Shown: positions 41,916-53,764 of the stretch, piece after piece
Layout: every line of letters starts with the position of its first letter
How positions within the stretch are numbered: position 1 is the stretch's first letter
Assembly (NCBI RefSeq): GCF_006345805.1
Contig: NW_021832391.1
Location: 1-64,000, forward strand
From: Octopus sinensis
Taxonomy: Eukaryota
Reading direction: 5' to 3'
Length of the DNA stretch: 64,000 bases
The notes under the pieces: generated by a model
Database searches by the model: none
What the model saw: the letters and a program-made list of their open reading frames with translations, nothing else
Told to the model about the DNA's origin: nothing
Translations under genes and position numbers: made by a program

Positions 41916-42775
41916 AGCATATATATATATATATATATATATTTATAAAACTGAAATGCGAAAAGTTTGTTTGTTTGTTTGTCTGGAACGGTTTAAAGAC
42001 CACTACATCCCGTCGGATTGACTCCAAAATTTACGGTTCGTGATCAATCATTCTCACAGAAATGCGTGCACAAACAGACACAGAATGTCATGGTTTAAAG
42101 GTCAACATGTTTAAAACATAAATAGCTACGAGTTTGCCTATATGCATGTATCTATGTGCATAAGTGCGGACGTGTGTTTCCAGAATGTCTCAGTTTTAAG
42201 GTCAACATATTTAAGACATAAATAGGTACGAGATTGCGTCTTTGCATGTATCTATATTCGTGGGTGCGGACGTGCGAGTGTTTGTGCGTGTGTGAGCACA
42301 GTCCACCTATACCCAAGCTGGTTGCATCGTCTCATAAGAACCAGCCGTGAAAGTTCCGGATCACATTAATGAACTCATTTGCATACAAACAATTAGGACT
42401 CGCCTTGAACTTGTCCGGTTAACAAACAGTAGTGTCTGAATGGGAATTAGCTTGCTTACCTAACAAATGTTTCCGAGTTCAGTCCCACTGGGTGGCATGT
42501 TGGGCAAATGTCTTCTACTATAGTCTCGGGCCGACCAAAGCCTTGTGAGTGGATTTGGGAGACGGAAACTAAAAGAAGACTGTCGTATGTATATATATAT
42601 ATATATGTAGCAGTAAGAGTGGCTATGTAGCTTGCTTTCCAAACACGGTGTTTCTGGTTCAGTCCACCTACGTGGCCCCATGGGCAAGTGTCTTCCAATA
42701 TAGCCTCAGACAGACCAACGTTTCTGAGTAGATTTGGTACACGGAAACAGAAAGTAGCCCGTGGTATTTAGATAG

Positions 42776-42820
<45 letters not shown>

Positions 42821-42823
<3 letters not shown>

Positions 42824-43578
42824 CAATTAAGGACAACTACTTAATAAGGAAAACTTAACAAGAAATTGTCAGGTAGATAGCGTAAAAACCTCATAAGAGA
42901 AAAAGTTTCGAAAATAATTATTTCTTATTGAACATATTAATTTATATATAGAGGGCATTATACATACATGCCAGAAGGCATTATACATACATGCCAAACG
43001 CTAAGAGGGACAATCAGTCATTTCTACCAAAAATATTACTAATCCACCGAATGCAATTTTTCAAAGTAAGACATTTAAAAATATAGACCTGTATCACAGT
43101 GATTTCATACTTACGTAATCATCAGCAGGCCTGAATGTATTATAAATAAACAACGACCCTGCCCCGCTTAAGCCGATCAGCTAACTGATCAACATCAACG
43201 AAGCACATGGGTGAGTTTACATATATTACATCCGGATAAATGGCAAACTTTTACGAATTGCATTTCGGGAGAGGAAAAGTTTTTTCGGAATAAAAATTTA
43301 GCAATTAAGGACAACTACTTAATAAGGAAAACTTAACAAGAAATTGTCAGGTAGATAGCGTAAAAACCTCATAAGAGAAAAAATTTCGAAAATAATTATT
43401 TCTTATTGAACATATTAATTTATATATAGAGGGCATTATACATACATGCCAGAAGGCATTATACATACATGCCAAACGCTAAGAGGGACAATCAGTCATT
43501 TCTACCAAAAATATTACTAATCCCACCGAAATGACTGATTGTCCCTCTTAGCGTTTGGCATGTATGTATAATGCCTTC
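42821..43578 (-). mobile_element. Partial-tandem pLTR-like repeat (478-bp period) with terminal inversion and a hammerhead
   Basis: 42821-43051 is nearly identical to 43299-43530; 43529-43578 is an inverted copy of 43449-43501. Confidence 0.75.
43086..43131 (-). ncRNA. Compact type I hammerhead ribozyme candidate
   Basis: GGCCUG-CUGAUGA-U-UAC-GUAA-GUA-U-GAAAUCAC-U-GUGAU-A-CAGGUC. Confidence 0.8.
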
Positions 43579-44556
43579 ATTATACATTTCTAAGATACCC
43601 ACATTTAAAATCACTAACTACTAAATCAAAATAAGTTCAGTTTATTGCACCTTTAGTGGCTTCAGATATTGCTTATATTTTTCCCATGTGTCGTCAATGT
43701 ATTAATTTCACAAGTGGATGACAGAAATTCTAATACTGGCGTGGAGGGAGCTGATATTCTAACTGCGAGTGCAAAGCACCCAATACCCCTCTACATTCTG
43801 AATAAATTGTATGTTTGTGCTAGTTAGGGTTTTATGTGTGAATGTGTAACTGCGTTTTCATTTCTGTGTGTGGGTGCGTATGTTTGTGTGTGACTATTTT
43901 CATTTCTATTTGTGTGTGTGCATGTGTAGGTATGTAACTGTTTTCATTTCAGTGTTTGTGTTTGTGTGAATGTTTTTATTTCTGTGTATACGTGTGTGTG
44001 AGCGTATGTTTGTATGCGACAATTACAGCTACAACAAATACTTTAAGCATCTCTAAGATACCCACATTTGCAGATCCCTAAGTTCTAAATGAAAAGAAGT
44101 TCAATTTATTGCATCTTTAGCGACTTCAGATTTGCGAGTGTTAATCACCCAATGCCTCCCGTATCTACATACCTGGATCGGCCATTATTGGCCTCATTCG
44201 GAGATCTCTCGGGTGTGGAATATTTATGACTATAGAAGTTAACTTGTTACAGGTTTTGTTTATGGCTTAACTTTTGTAGATTTTGGGAAGTTCATAGATG
44301 TTACTGGCTTTGCAGTCAAATCTAGTCAAGCAATTTGAGTCCTTTTTTGTTAAACCGTGTTGGAACTGGTGGATAAGAGTAGACAGTTTGGTCATTATCT
44401 TCGATTGACTGTAGTTGTTGATGCTTTTAACCGATGCTGGTGTGTTTTACTCCCTATATTTTAGCGGTTCGGCAAAAGAGAACAAGTTAGAATAAATACT
44501 AGGCTTACAAAGAATATGTGCTGCGGACGATGTGCTCGATTAAAGGCGGCGCTCCA

Positions 44557-44609
<53 letters not shown>

Positions 44610-47506
44610 CACATACAAATATACGTATATATACCCACACACGCATATATATAATCTAAAACAAAAAAGAAACTGGATTATGTCCGAAGAGTAGTACTAG
44701 ATAACATTATTACTTTATATATTTGTGGGGTGTAGTGAAATATAAATGATCAGCTAGTCAATGTTTATTTGTTAAAGGTACCAGCAGATTACTTGGATGT
44801 GTATGTGTCTCTGTTGGTGTGCGCATGGTCGTGTCTCCTTTCGCTGGCGTAAAACGACTACACCTATTACAGAAATTACAATATGAAACGTATTATATGA
44901 CGTTTAGGAGATATTTTCAGCTATCTCCCTAGTGAACAGCGACTTTTGTCGCTATTTGCTCTTTTACTCTCATTTACTTGTTTCAATCATTTAACTGGCC
45001 ATGCTGAAACAACACCTTCAGTCGAGCATATCGACCCCAGGACTTATTATTTGTAGGCCTAGTTCATATTCTAACAGTCTCTTTCGCTGAACCTCTAAGT
45101 TATGGGGTCCTAGACATATATATATATATATATATATATAATATACACACACATGTATATAAAAGTACGTAGTCGCACACACAGAAATGGAAATACACAC
45201 ATCTAACCCTAACCCAGTTTCATATCCCTTTGGCATTTAAACTTAAATATAAAAATGAATCTCAAACCAAGGAAAGTAACTCCCTCTACATCTCTTACTT
45301 GACAAGAGTTACATCCGTTGATTGATACTAATATAATTTAACATTAAGATACGTAAATAGTGTTTGAATAATAATAGGCTGGAATGGATTAGGGTTAGAT
45401 TTAGGTTTAGAAGACAATTGGACAAGATGCGAGGCAGTGGGAATGAAACTGAAACCATGTGGTTCGTAGGCAAACTACTTACCACATAGCCATTCCTGCG
45501 CCGATATTCATATATACGACGGGCTTCTTTCAGTTTCCCTCTACCAACCCTACTCAGAATACATTGGTCGACCCGGGGGTATAGTTGAATACACTTGCCG
45601 AAGGTGCCACGCTGTTGGATTGAACCCAGCACATTGAGGTTGGTGAGCAAACACTCTCACACATGCGCGAGCGCAAACAGACACAGAGATGAAAGCACAC
45701 ATATTGGCTGACCCACACACTCACACAATTTCTTCAGAGTGTCACGGTTTTAAGGTCAACTTATTGAAAACATAAAATAGCTTTGCATGTATCTATGTGC
45801 ATGAGTGCGGAAGTGTGGGTATTTGTGCGTGTGTGAGCGCAGTCCACACATACCCAAGGTTGTCGCATCGGCTAATGTGACCCACACGCGAAAGTCTGTT
45901 TTACCCAGACATACACATACAGATATACGTGTATATACCCACGCACGTATATGTAGTGTCTAAAACAAAAAAACTGTAAGGGATGGAACGGGAGTTCTTT
46001 CCGTTTTATTAAGAAAACTTGCATCTGTATGTGTGATAGTACGTGCGTGCAATCTCGTGTGCCCTTCGAGTGCGAACAAACACACACACATTTAAACATA
46101 TATACGATGGTATTTTTTCAGTTTCCTTCCACTAAATCCAATCACAAGGATTAGGTCGGCCTTGGGGTACAGTAGTAGACAATTGCATAAGATGACAGGC
46201 AGTGGGAGTGAACACCAAACCATGTGGTTCGCAAGCGAACTACTTACAACATAGCCATTGCTACGCCGATATTCATATATACGACGGGCTTCTTTCAGTT
46301 TCCCTCTACCAACTCCACTCAGAATACTTTGGTCGGCCCAAGGCTATAGTTGAATACACTTGCCGAAGGTGCAAAGCTGTTGGTTTGAACTCATTGCATT
46401 GCGTTTCGTGAGCAATCATTCTCACAGAAATGCGCGCACAGACACAGAATGTCACGGTTTAAAGGCCAACATGTTTAAAACATAAATAGCTACGAGTTTG
46501 CATACATGCATGTCTCTATGTGCATGGTTGCGGACGTGTGTTTCCAGAATGTCGCAGTTTTAAGGTCAACATATTTGAAACATAAATAGGTACGAGATTG
46601 CGTCTTTGCATGTATCTATATTCGTGGGTGCGGACGTGTGAGTGTTTGTGCGTGTGTGAGCACAGTCCACCTATACCCAAGTTGGTTGCATTGTCTTATG
46701 GGAACCAGCCGTGAAAGTTCCGGACCACATTAATGAACTCATTTGCATACAAACAATTAGGGCTCACCTTGAACTTGTCCGGTTAACAAACAGTAGTGAC
46801 TGAATGGGAATTAGCTTGCTTACCTAACAAATGTTCCCGAGTTCAGTCCCACTGGGTGGCATGTTGGGCAAATGTCTTCTGCTATAGTCTCGGGCCGACC
46901 AAAGCCTTGTGAGTGGATTTGGGAGACGGAAACTAAAAGAAGACTGTCGTATATATATATGTAGCAGTAAGAGTGGCTGTGGTATGTAGCTTGCTTTCCA
47001 AACACGGTGTTTCTGGTTCAGCCCAACTACGTGGCCCCATGGGCAAGTGTCTTCCAATATAGCCTCGGACAGACCAACATTTCTGAGTAGATTTGGTACA
47101 CGGAAACAGAAAGTAGCCCGTCGTATTTAGATAGGTGTATATATATATATCTATAATATGTATATATATAAAGAGAGAGAGAGAGAGAGAGAGACATAAG
47201 TATATATTGACAGATTTATGTATATACATTTAGATATTTAAACATATAAGGGATGGCCATAATGGGACATCCGACTCACTAGAGAGAGCAGTTAAACTCC
47301 AAAAAATCGTAAAAGACTGTCATGTCTGAATAATATTTTCGAGAGTTATTTCCCCCGTATATTATAATTTAAATAAAAGTAGTATAATTATATGTAAGGA
47401 ACGTAACTCTGGAAGATGTTATCTAGTTAACTCCCTTCCGAGAGTTAATTTCCTTAAATATTATTTTATTATGTGAATATTCTGCATAGGCACACACACA
47501 AATTTA

Positions 47507-47990
47507 CATTCAATTTTCATTTACAATTCCACTTACACGACATTGGTTGGACTGGATCTATAGAAGGCACTTGCCCAGGCTGTGGCACAGTGGTGTACCA
47601 TAGCCTATTTTACATAAATCTCATCACACACTTTAGCTATAATTGTATGGATGACCCTACATAAACCCATCCCTGATCAAGACAAATAGAGGAAAGCTAA
47701 GTAGCGCTATGTAAACAATGCCAGCATACAAAAAGAAAAAAACACCAGCACATTTCCATTCAATTTTCATTTACAATTCCACTTACACGACATTGGTTGG
47801 ACTGGATCTATAGAAGGCACTTGCCCAGGCTGTGGCACAGTGGTGTACCATAGCCTATTTTACATAAATCTCATCACACACTTTAGCTATAATTGTATGG
47901 ATGCCCCTATATAAACCCATCCCTGATCAAGACAAATAGAGGAAAGCTAAGTAGCGCTATGTAAACAATGCCAGCATACAAAAAGAAAAA
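47507..47990 (+). repeat. Near-identical 250-bp tandem duplication
   Basis: CATTCAATTTTCATTTACAATTCC...GCATACAAAAAGAAAAA starts at 47507 and again at 47757. Confidence 0.92.
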
Positions 47991-48007
47991 GAAAACACAA
48001 GCACAAG

Positions 48008-48210
48008 AGATGCAGCACGGACTTTGTCAGTGAACAGGTCGCGGATTTTAGCGACGAAAATATTTTGACAAATTAAACTTAAATGTTGAAGTGAATCGAA
48101 CGGCTTTTATGTGTTTCTTAAATGGCTTATAAACACCTTCCACGCTGCAATTGTTTTCGTTTCAGCACACGATCTCAAATCAAATTACTTGCTATGCGAG
48201 TACATATCCG
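48008..48210 (+). mobile_element. Solo PLE pLTR with G3-C8 hammerhead variant (48023-48072)
   Basis: UUUGUCA-GUGAACA-G-GUCGC-ggauuuua-GCGAC-GAAAAUAUU-U-UGACAAA. Confidence 0.75.
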
Positions 48211-51200
48211 TAATATTTTATTATTGTTAAATTTTAATATTTAAGGGAAGTAACTGTAGAAGATACTTTGTAATTATTTCCCTTAGGTATTTCTTATTAT
48301 AATATAGACTTTGTCGCTCTTTGACTCTTTCAGTTATTTCACTGTGACCATGGTGGAGCACCGCCTTTAGTGAAGCAAATCAACCCCAGCAATTATTCTT
48401 TGTATGCCTTTACTTAACGTATAGGTCTCTTTTGCAGAACCGATAAGTTACAGGGACGTAATGTTCGATGTACTGATTTAGTGGGTATTTATTTATTGTA
48501 ATAATTTCAATTATCATAAATTATGGGCTAGGAAAAATACTAGAAACTTTTTTGATAGACCTATTGGGGCTCCTTGTGTGTGTGGGACTGTTTTTATTTA
48601 TGTGAGTGTGGGTATTTTCATTTCAGTGTTTGTGTGTGTGTGTGTGTGTGTGTGTGAGAGGCTTTTTTTTCTGTGTGCGCGAGTGTGTGAGCGACTGAGT
48701 GTTTCTATTTGTTTGTGTGTGTGCGACACTTACAAATGCAAGAAGCACTTTGACCATTTGTAAGATACCCACATTTGAGATCACTAACTACTAAATCAAA
48801 ATAAGTTCAATTTATTGCACCTTTAGTGACTTGAGATGTTGCTCATATTTTTCCCATGTGTCGACAATGTATTAATTTCACAAGTGGATAAAAGAAATTC
48901 TCATACTGGCGTGGAGGGGGCTGATATTCTAACTGCGAGTTCAAAGCACCCAATGCCCCTTTACATTCTGAATAAATTGTATGTTTGTGCTAGTTAGGGT
49001 TAGGGTTTTATGTGTGAGTGTGTAACTGCGTTTTCATTTCTGTGTGTGGGTGCGTATATTTGTGTGTGTCTGTGTTTGTGCATGTGTAGGTATGTAACTG
49101 TTTTCATTTCTGTGTTTGTCCAAGAAATAGCTGTGTATTTTCATTTGTGTGTTTGTCTTTGTGCGTATGTGAGTGTTTTTGTGAGAATTTTTTTCCAGTG
49201 TTTGTGTGCGTGGGACTTTTTATATGTGTGTGTTGGTATTTTCATTTCAGTGTTTTTGTTTGTGTGAATGTTTTTATTTTTGTGTGTACGTGTGTGTGAG
49301 CGACTGTGTTTTTATTCGTTTGTGTGTGTGCGACAATTACAGCTACAACAAACACTTTAAGCATCTCAAAGATACCCACATTTGCAGATCCCTAAGTTCT
49401 AAATGAAAAGAAGTTCAATTTATTGCACCTTTAGCGACTTCAGATTTGCGAGTGTTAAGCATCCAATGCCTCCCGTATCTACATACCTGTATTGGCCATA
49501 ATTGGCCTCATTCGGATATCTCTCAAGTTAACTTGTTACAGGTTTTGTTTATGGCTTAACTTTTGTAGATTTTGGGAAGTTCATAGATGTTACTAGCTTT
49601 GCAGTGAAATCTAGTCAAGCAATTTGTCTCCTTTTTTGTTAAATCCTGTTGGAACTGGTGGATAAGAGTATACAGTTTGGTCATTACCTTCGAACGACTG
49701 TAGCTGTTGATGTTTTTACCGATACAGGTGTGTTTTACTCCCTGTATTTTAGCGGTTCGGCAAAAGAGAACAAGTTAGAATATATACTAGGCTTACAAAG
49801 AAGTGCTGCGGACGATGTGATCGACTAAAGGCGGCGCTCCAGTATTTATATATATATATACTTACAGATATACGTGTATATACCCACATACGCATATATA
49901 CTATATAAAACAAAAAAGAAACTTGATTATGTCATTATTACTTTATTACAGATATTACAACATGAAGCGTATTATATGACGTAGATAAAAGTCCTAGTGT
50001 CGATTTGCTCAAGAAAAGGATGTGCTCCAGCATAGGCACAGTGAAATGACTAAACCAAGAAAAGAGTAAAAGTAAATGTAAGGAAGATTTTTTCGTCATC
50101 TCCCTTTCTAGAGTTACTCCCCCTGCATATTATTAGTTAGTAAATTATAATATGCGAGGTAAGTAACTCTACAAGGTAAGATAACTCCAAAATCTTCCAG
50201 AGTTACTTCCCTCACATATAATTGCTAAATATGCTAGCGAAGGGAAGTAACTCTAGAAAGGGAGATAATTACAAAATTTCCAGAGTTACTTCCCTTACAT
50301 GTATCAGTGTTTGTGTACGTGAAACTGTTTTTATTTGTGTGTGTGAGTGTCGGTGGTTTCATTTCAGTGTTTGTGTTTGTGTGAGTGTTTTTATTTCTGT
50401 GTGTATGTGTGTGTGAACCTATGTGCGTTTTTATTCGTTTGTGTGTGTGCGACATTTACAGCTACAACAAACACTTTAAGCATCTCCAAGATACCCACAT
50501 TTGCAAATCACTAGCTGCTAAATAAAAAGACGTTCAATTTATTGCTACTTGAGGTTTACGATTGTTAAGCACCCAATGCTCCCCGTATCTACATACCTAG
50601 TACTGGCTTTGCAGTGAAATCTAGTCAACAATTTGTCTCCTTTTTTGTTAAATCGTGTTCGAACTGGTGGATAAGAGTAGACAGTTTGGTCATTATCTTC
50701 GATTGACTAGTTGTTGATGTTTTAACCGATGTTTTACTCCCTGTATTTTAGCAGTTCGGCAAAAGTGAACAAGTTAGAATAAATACTAGGCTTACAACGA
50801 ATAAGTGCTGCGGACGATGTGCTCGACTAAAGGCGGCGCTCCAGTATTTATATATATATATATATATATATATTTACATAGATATAGGTGTATATACCTA
50901 CGTACGCATATATACTATCTAAAACAAAAAAGAAACTTGATTATGTCATTATTATTTTATTACATATATTACTTTCTTACAGATATTACAACATGAAACG
51001 TATTATATGACGTTAGGGAAGTAACTCAAGGAGATATTTTCTGCTATCTCCCTAGTGAACAGGTCATAGACTTTTCTCGTTACTTACTCTTTTACTCTCA
51101 TTTACTTGTTTCAGTCATTTGACTGAGGCCATGTTGCAGCACCACCTTCAGTCGAGCATATCGACCCCAGGACTTATTCTTTGTAGGCCTAGTACTTATT

Positions 51201-51512
51201 CTATCAGTCTCTTACGCTGAACCTCTAAGTTATGGGGACGTAAACAGACTAGCATCCGTTGTGTAGCAATGTTTGGGGACAAAGAGACACACGCACACAC
51301 ATATAAACATATATATGACTGGAGTTTTCCAGTTTCCTTCCACCAAATCCAATCACAAGGCTTTGGTCGGCTCGGGGCTATAGTAGATTTTTCCTCCCTG
51401 TATTTCAGCGGCTCGGCAGAAAAGAATAAGTTAGAATAAATACTAGGCTTAGAAAGAATAAGTGCTGCTGACGATGTGCTCGAAGAAGATAGATTGGTAT
51501 ATATATATATAT

Positions 51513-52145
51513 ACTAGCAGTATCGCCCGGCGTTGCTCGGGTTTGTAAGGGAAATAACTATATAAGCATTTTTAGAGAGTTATAGCCAAAAAATAGCAAA
51601 AAATGCATTAAAAATGGAAAAAATATGATGGTAAATTTTTTTTTTAATCGTTGACTCATCGTAGACATTTTTAGAGAGTTACTTCCCTTATATAATAGTG
51701 AAAAAATGCATTAAAATGGAAAAAACGATGGTAAATTTTTTTTAAATCGTAGACTCATGTAGACGCTTTCTTAGCCATTTCTGTTTTGGTGTCTTCAAGC
51801 CATGAAGTCGTTGTTCTAAAAGAACGCTGGTCTCCTTGACAACGCATTACGACGTTGATTTCCTTACACTCCCTTCCCCACAGGTGCAGGTGTGAGCGTG
51901 GATGCCAACTCCGCCGCCATCGACACACGAAAAATTATGCATTAAAATGGAATAAAAAATGTTAAATTATTTTTAAAATCGTAGACTCATCGTAGACGCG
52001 CGCTAATACTCAGACGGGCTCGATATGAATCACGACTATAAGCTACCCGAATTTGGTTAAACTGCACCGCAAAATGTGGGAGTAGTTAGGAATCTAAATC
52101 GAAGGGGACAGACACTCACACAACTACAGTTTTATATATATAGAT
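51513..52145 (-). mobile_element. Non-autonomous Helitron
   Basis: Minus strand starts A|TCTATATATATAAAACTG and ends with hairpin CCCG-AGCAACGC-CGGG 8 nt before CTAG|T; internal ~130-bp duplication. Confidence 0.75.
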
Positions 52146-52159
52146 ATACATAGCGCGGT

Positions 52160-52620
52160 AGTGGTGAGATGTGACAGCAAAGAAAAGCATACATTCACTC
52201 TCTGCATGCAATTATACTCGGAAAGTTCGTGAGGAACCCATTGACCCAATTTGCTGACTTTTCCGATAGCACACAGGTCTCAATGAATGGTTGAATGACC
52301 AAATCCAAGCTTCTCTGCTAGTTCCTCAATAGTTACGATGAGATTTTGTTCCAGGGTTTTCAGGATGTCCTTGTCGAGTTCTACAGATCTTTCAGGATGA
52401 GGCTCGTCTTCTAGGCTGTAGTTTATGGCTCGGAATTTCTGGAACCACCATTGACACTGCCTTACGCTTATTGTCCAATCCCCATATACTGCATTAATAT
52501 TTCTTGTACTTTCCGTTGCGTTGTTGTCTTTATTGAACTCATAAAGCAAAATATGCTAAATATGCTCCTTTGTTACTTCCAACATAGCTTTGAAAAAAAT
52601 AGCTGTTAAAATTGAAATGC
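52160..52620 (-). mobile_element. mariner transposase N-terminal remnant
   Basis: HTH (MLYEF...WFQKFRA...SLEDEP), TIEELAEKLG...STIH, and QWVPHEL at about 52225-52250. Confidence 0.85.
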
Positions 52621-53547
52621 ACTCTTCAAAACTTGCACTATGAATAAGGACAAGATAAAATTACTACCTGCTTTTATAGCAAGTTAATATAAGTAGTTTA
52701 TCCCATTCCCCTCTGACTTTTAGTTCAAGCTGTTGAAAAAACCGCATTATTATATATATATACATACATACACATACACACACACTCTCTCTCTCTCACA
52801 CACATGCACACATTTATATTCTGTTATTCTTTTATATGTTTCAGCCTTGAGGTTGTGGCCATGCTGGATCATGTGTGTGTGTGTGTGTGTGTGTGTCTAT
52901 CTGTCTGTCTGTCTGTATGTATATATGTATATGTATGTGTGTGAACAATAATATTTTTCAACAGATGTGTTGCAAATGTATCTGATTGTTCTGAAGCTTC
53001 AATACTGTGTGTGTGTGTATGTGTGTGTGTATGTATGTATGTATATGTATGTATGTATATGTATGTATGTATGTATGTATATGTATGTATGTATGTATGT
53101 ATGTGTGTATGTATGTATGTATGTATGTGTGTGTGTATGTATGTGTGTGTATGTGTGTGTGTATGTATGTATGTATGTATGTATGTATGAGTGTATGTTT
53201 ACTTTATTACTAACACAAGCCACTACGGTTATTTAATGTAAAGTCTTCCTCAAATCACTCTCTCTCGCTATTTACTCTCTTCCAAGAACATTTTCACTCA
53301 CTCTTATCTATTAGCTTCCCATACATTTTACTCATGTATCTATCAGCGTCATAGACAGAAACAAATATTACATCGTCACCGCATTCTATTGTCTACCTGT
53401 CAACACACTGAATTACTTTCACTTTATTCGTAGCACACTGTGTGTGTGCGTTTGCGTGTGCTGTAAACCAGACTAAGAAAAGCATTTGACATACACACCA
53501 GAATGTGAGTTTTCTGTAAATTTTGCTTAATTGGAGTTTAAATTTTA

Positions 53548-53672
53548 AAAACTGGACCTGGCATGACCCGATGCATTCTACTCTTAAAAATGCTAGGTAA
53601 ATTGTAATTGAAGAAATCCTATATTGTAGATTTCTATAAGATACAAAGGGAGGCAGATAAAATCTGCCTTTT
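53548..53672 (-). mobile_element. Short decayed Helitron-like element
   Basis: Minus strand starts ATCTCTTATTATAAAAGGCAGAT-TTT-ATCTGCC; degenerate hairpin/CTAG-like end at about 53548-53575. Confidence 0.4.
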
Positions 53673-53678
53673 ATAATA

Positions 53679-53746
<68 letters not shown>

Positions 53747-53764
53747 ATATGTCAGATATATATA

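Larger units (their letters stand above)
43590..51500. repeat. Composite repeat region: recurring modules of SINE pieces, PLE RT fragment and AT-rich spacers
   Basis: 43640-44700 is similar to 48790-49950 and 50300-51000; PLE fragment SNIYELPKIYKS (minus) at about 44170-44430, 49480-49720 and partly 50600-50720; 46410-47140 is similar to 42040-42780. Confidence 0.8.
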
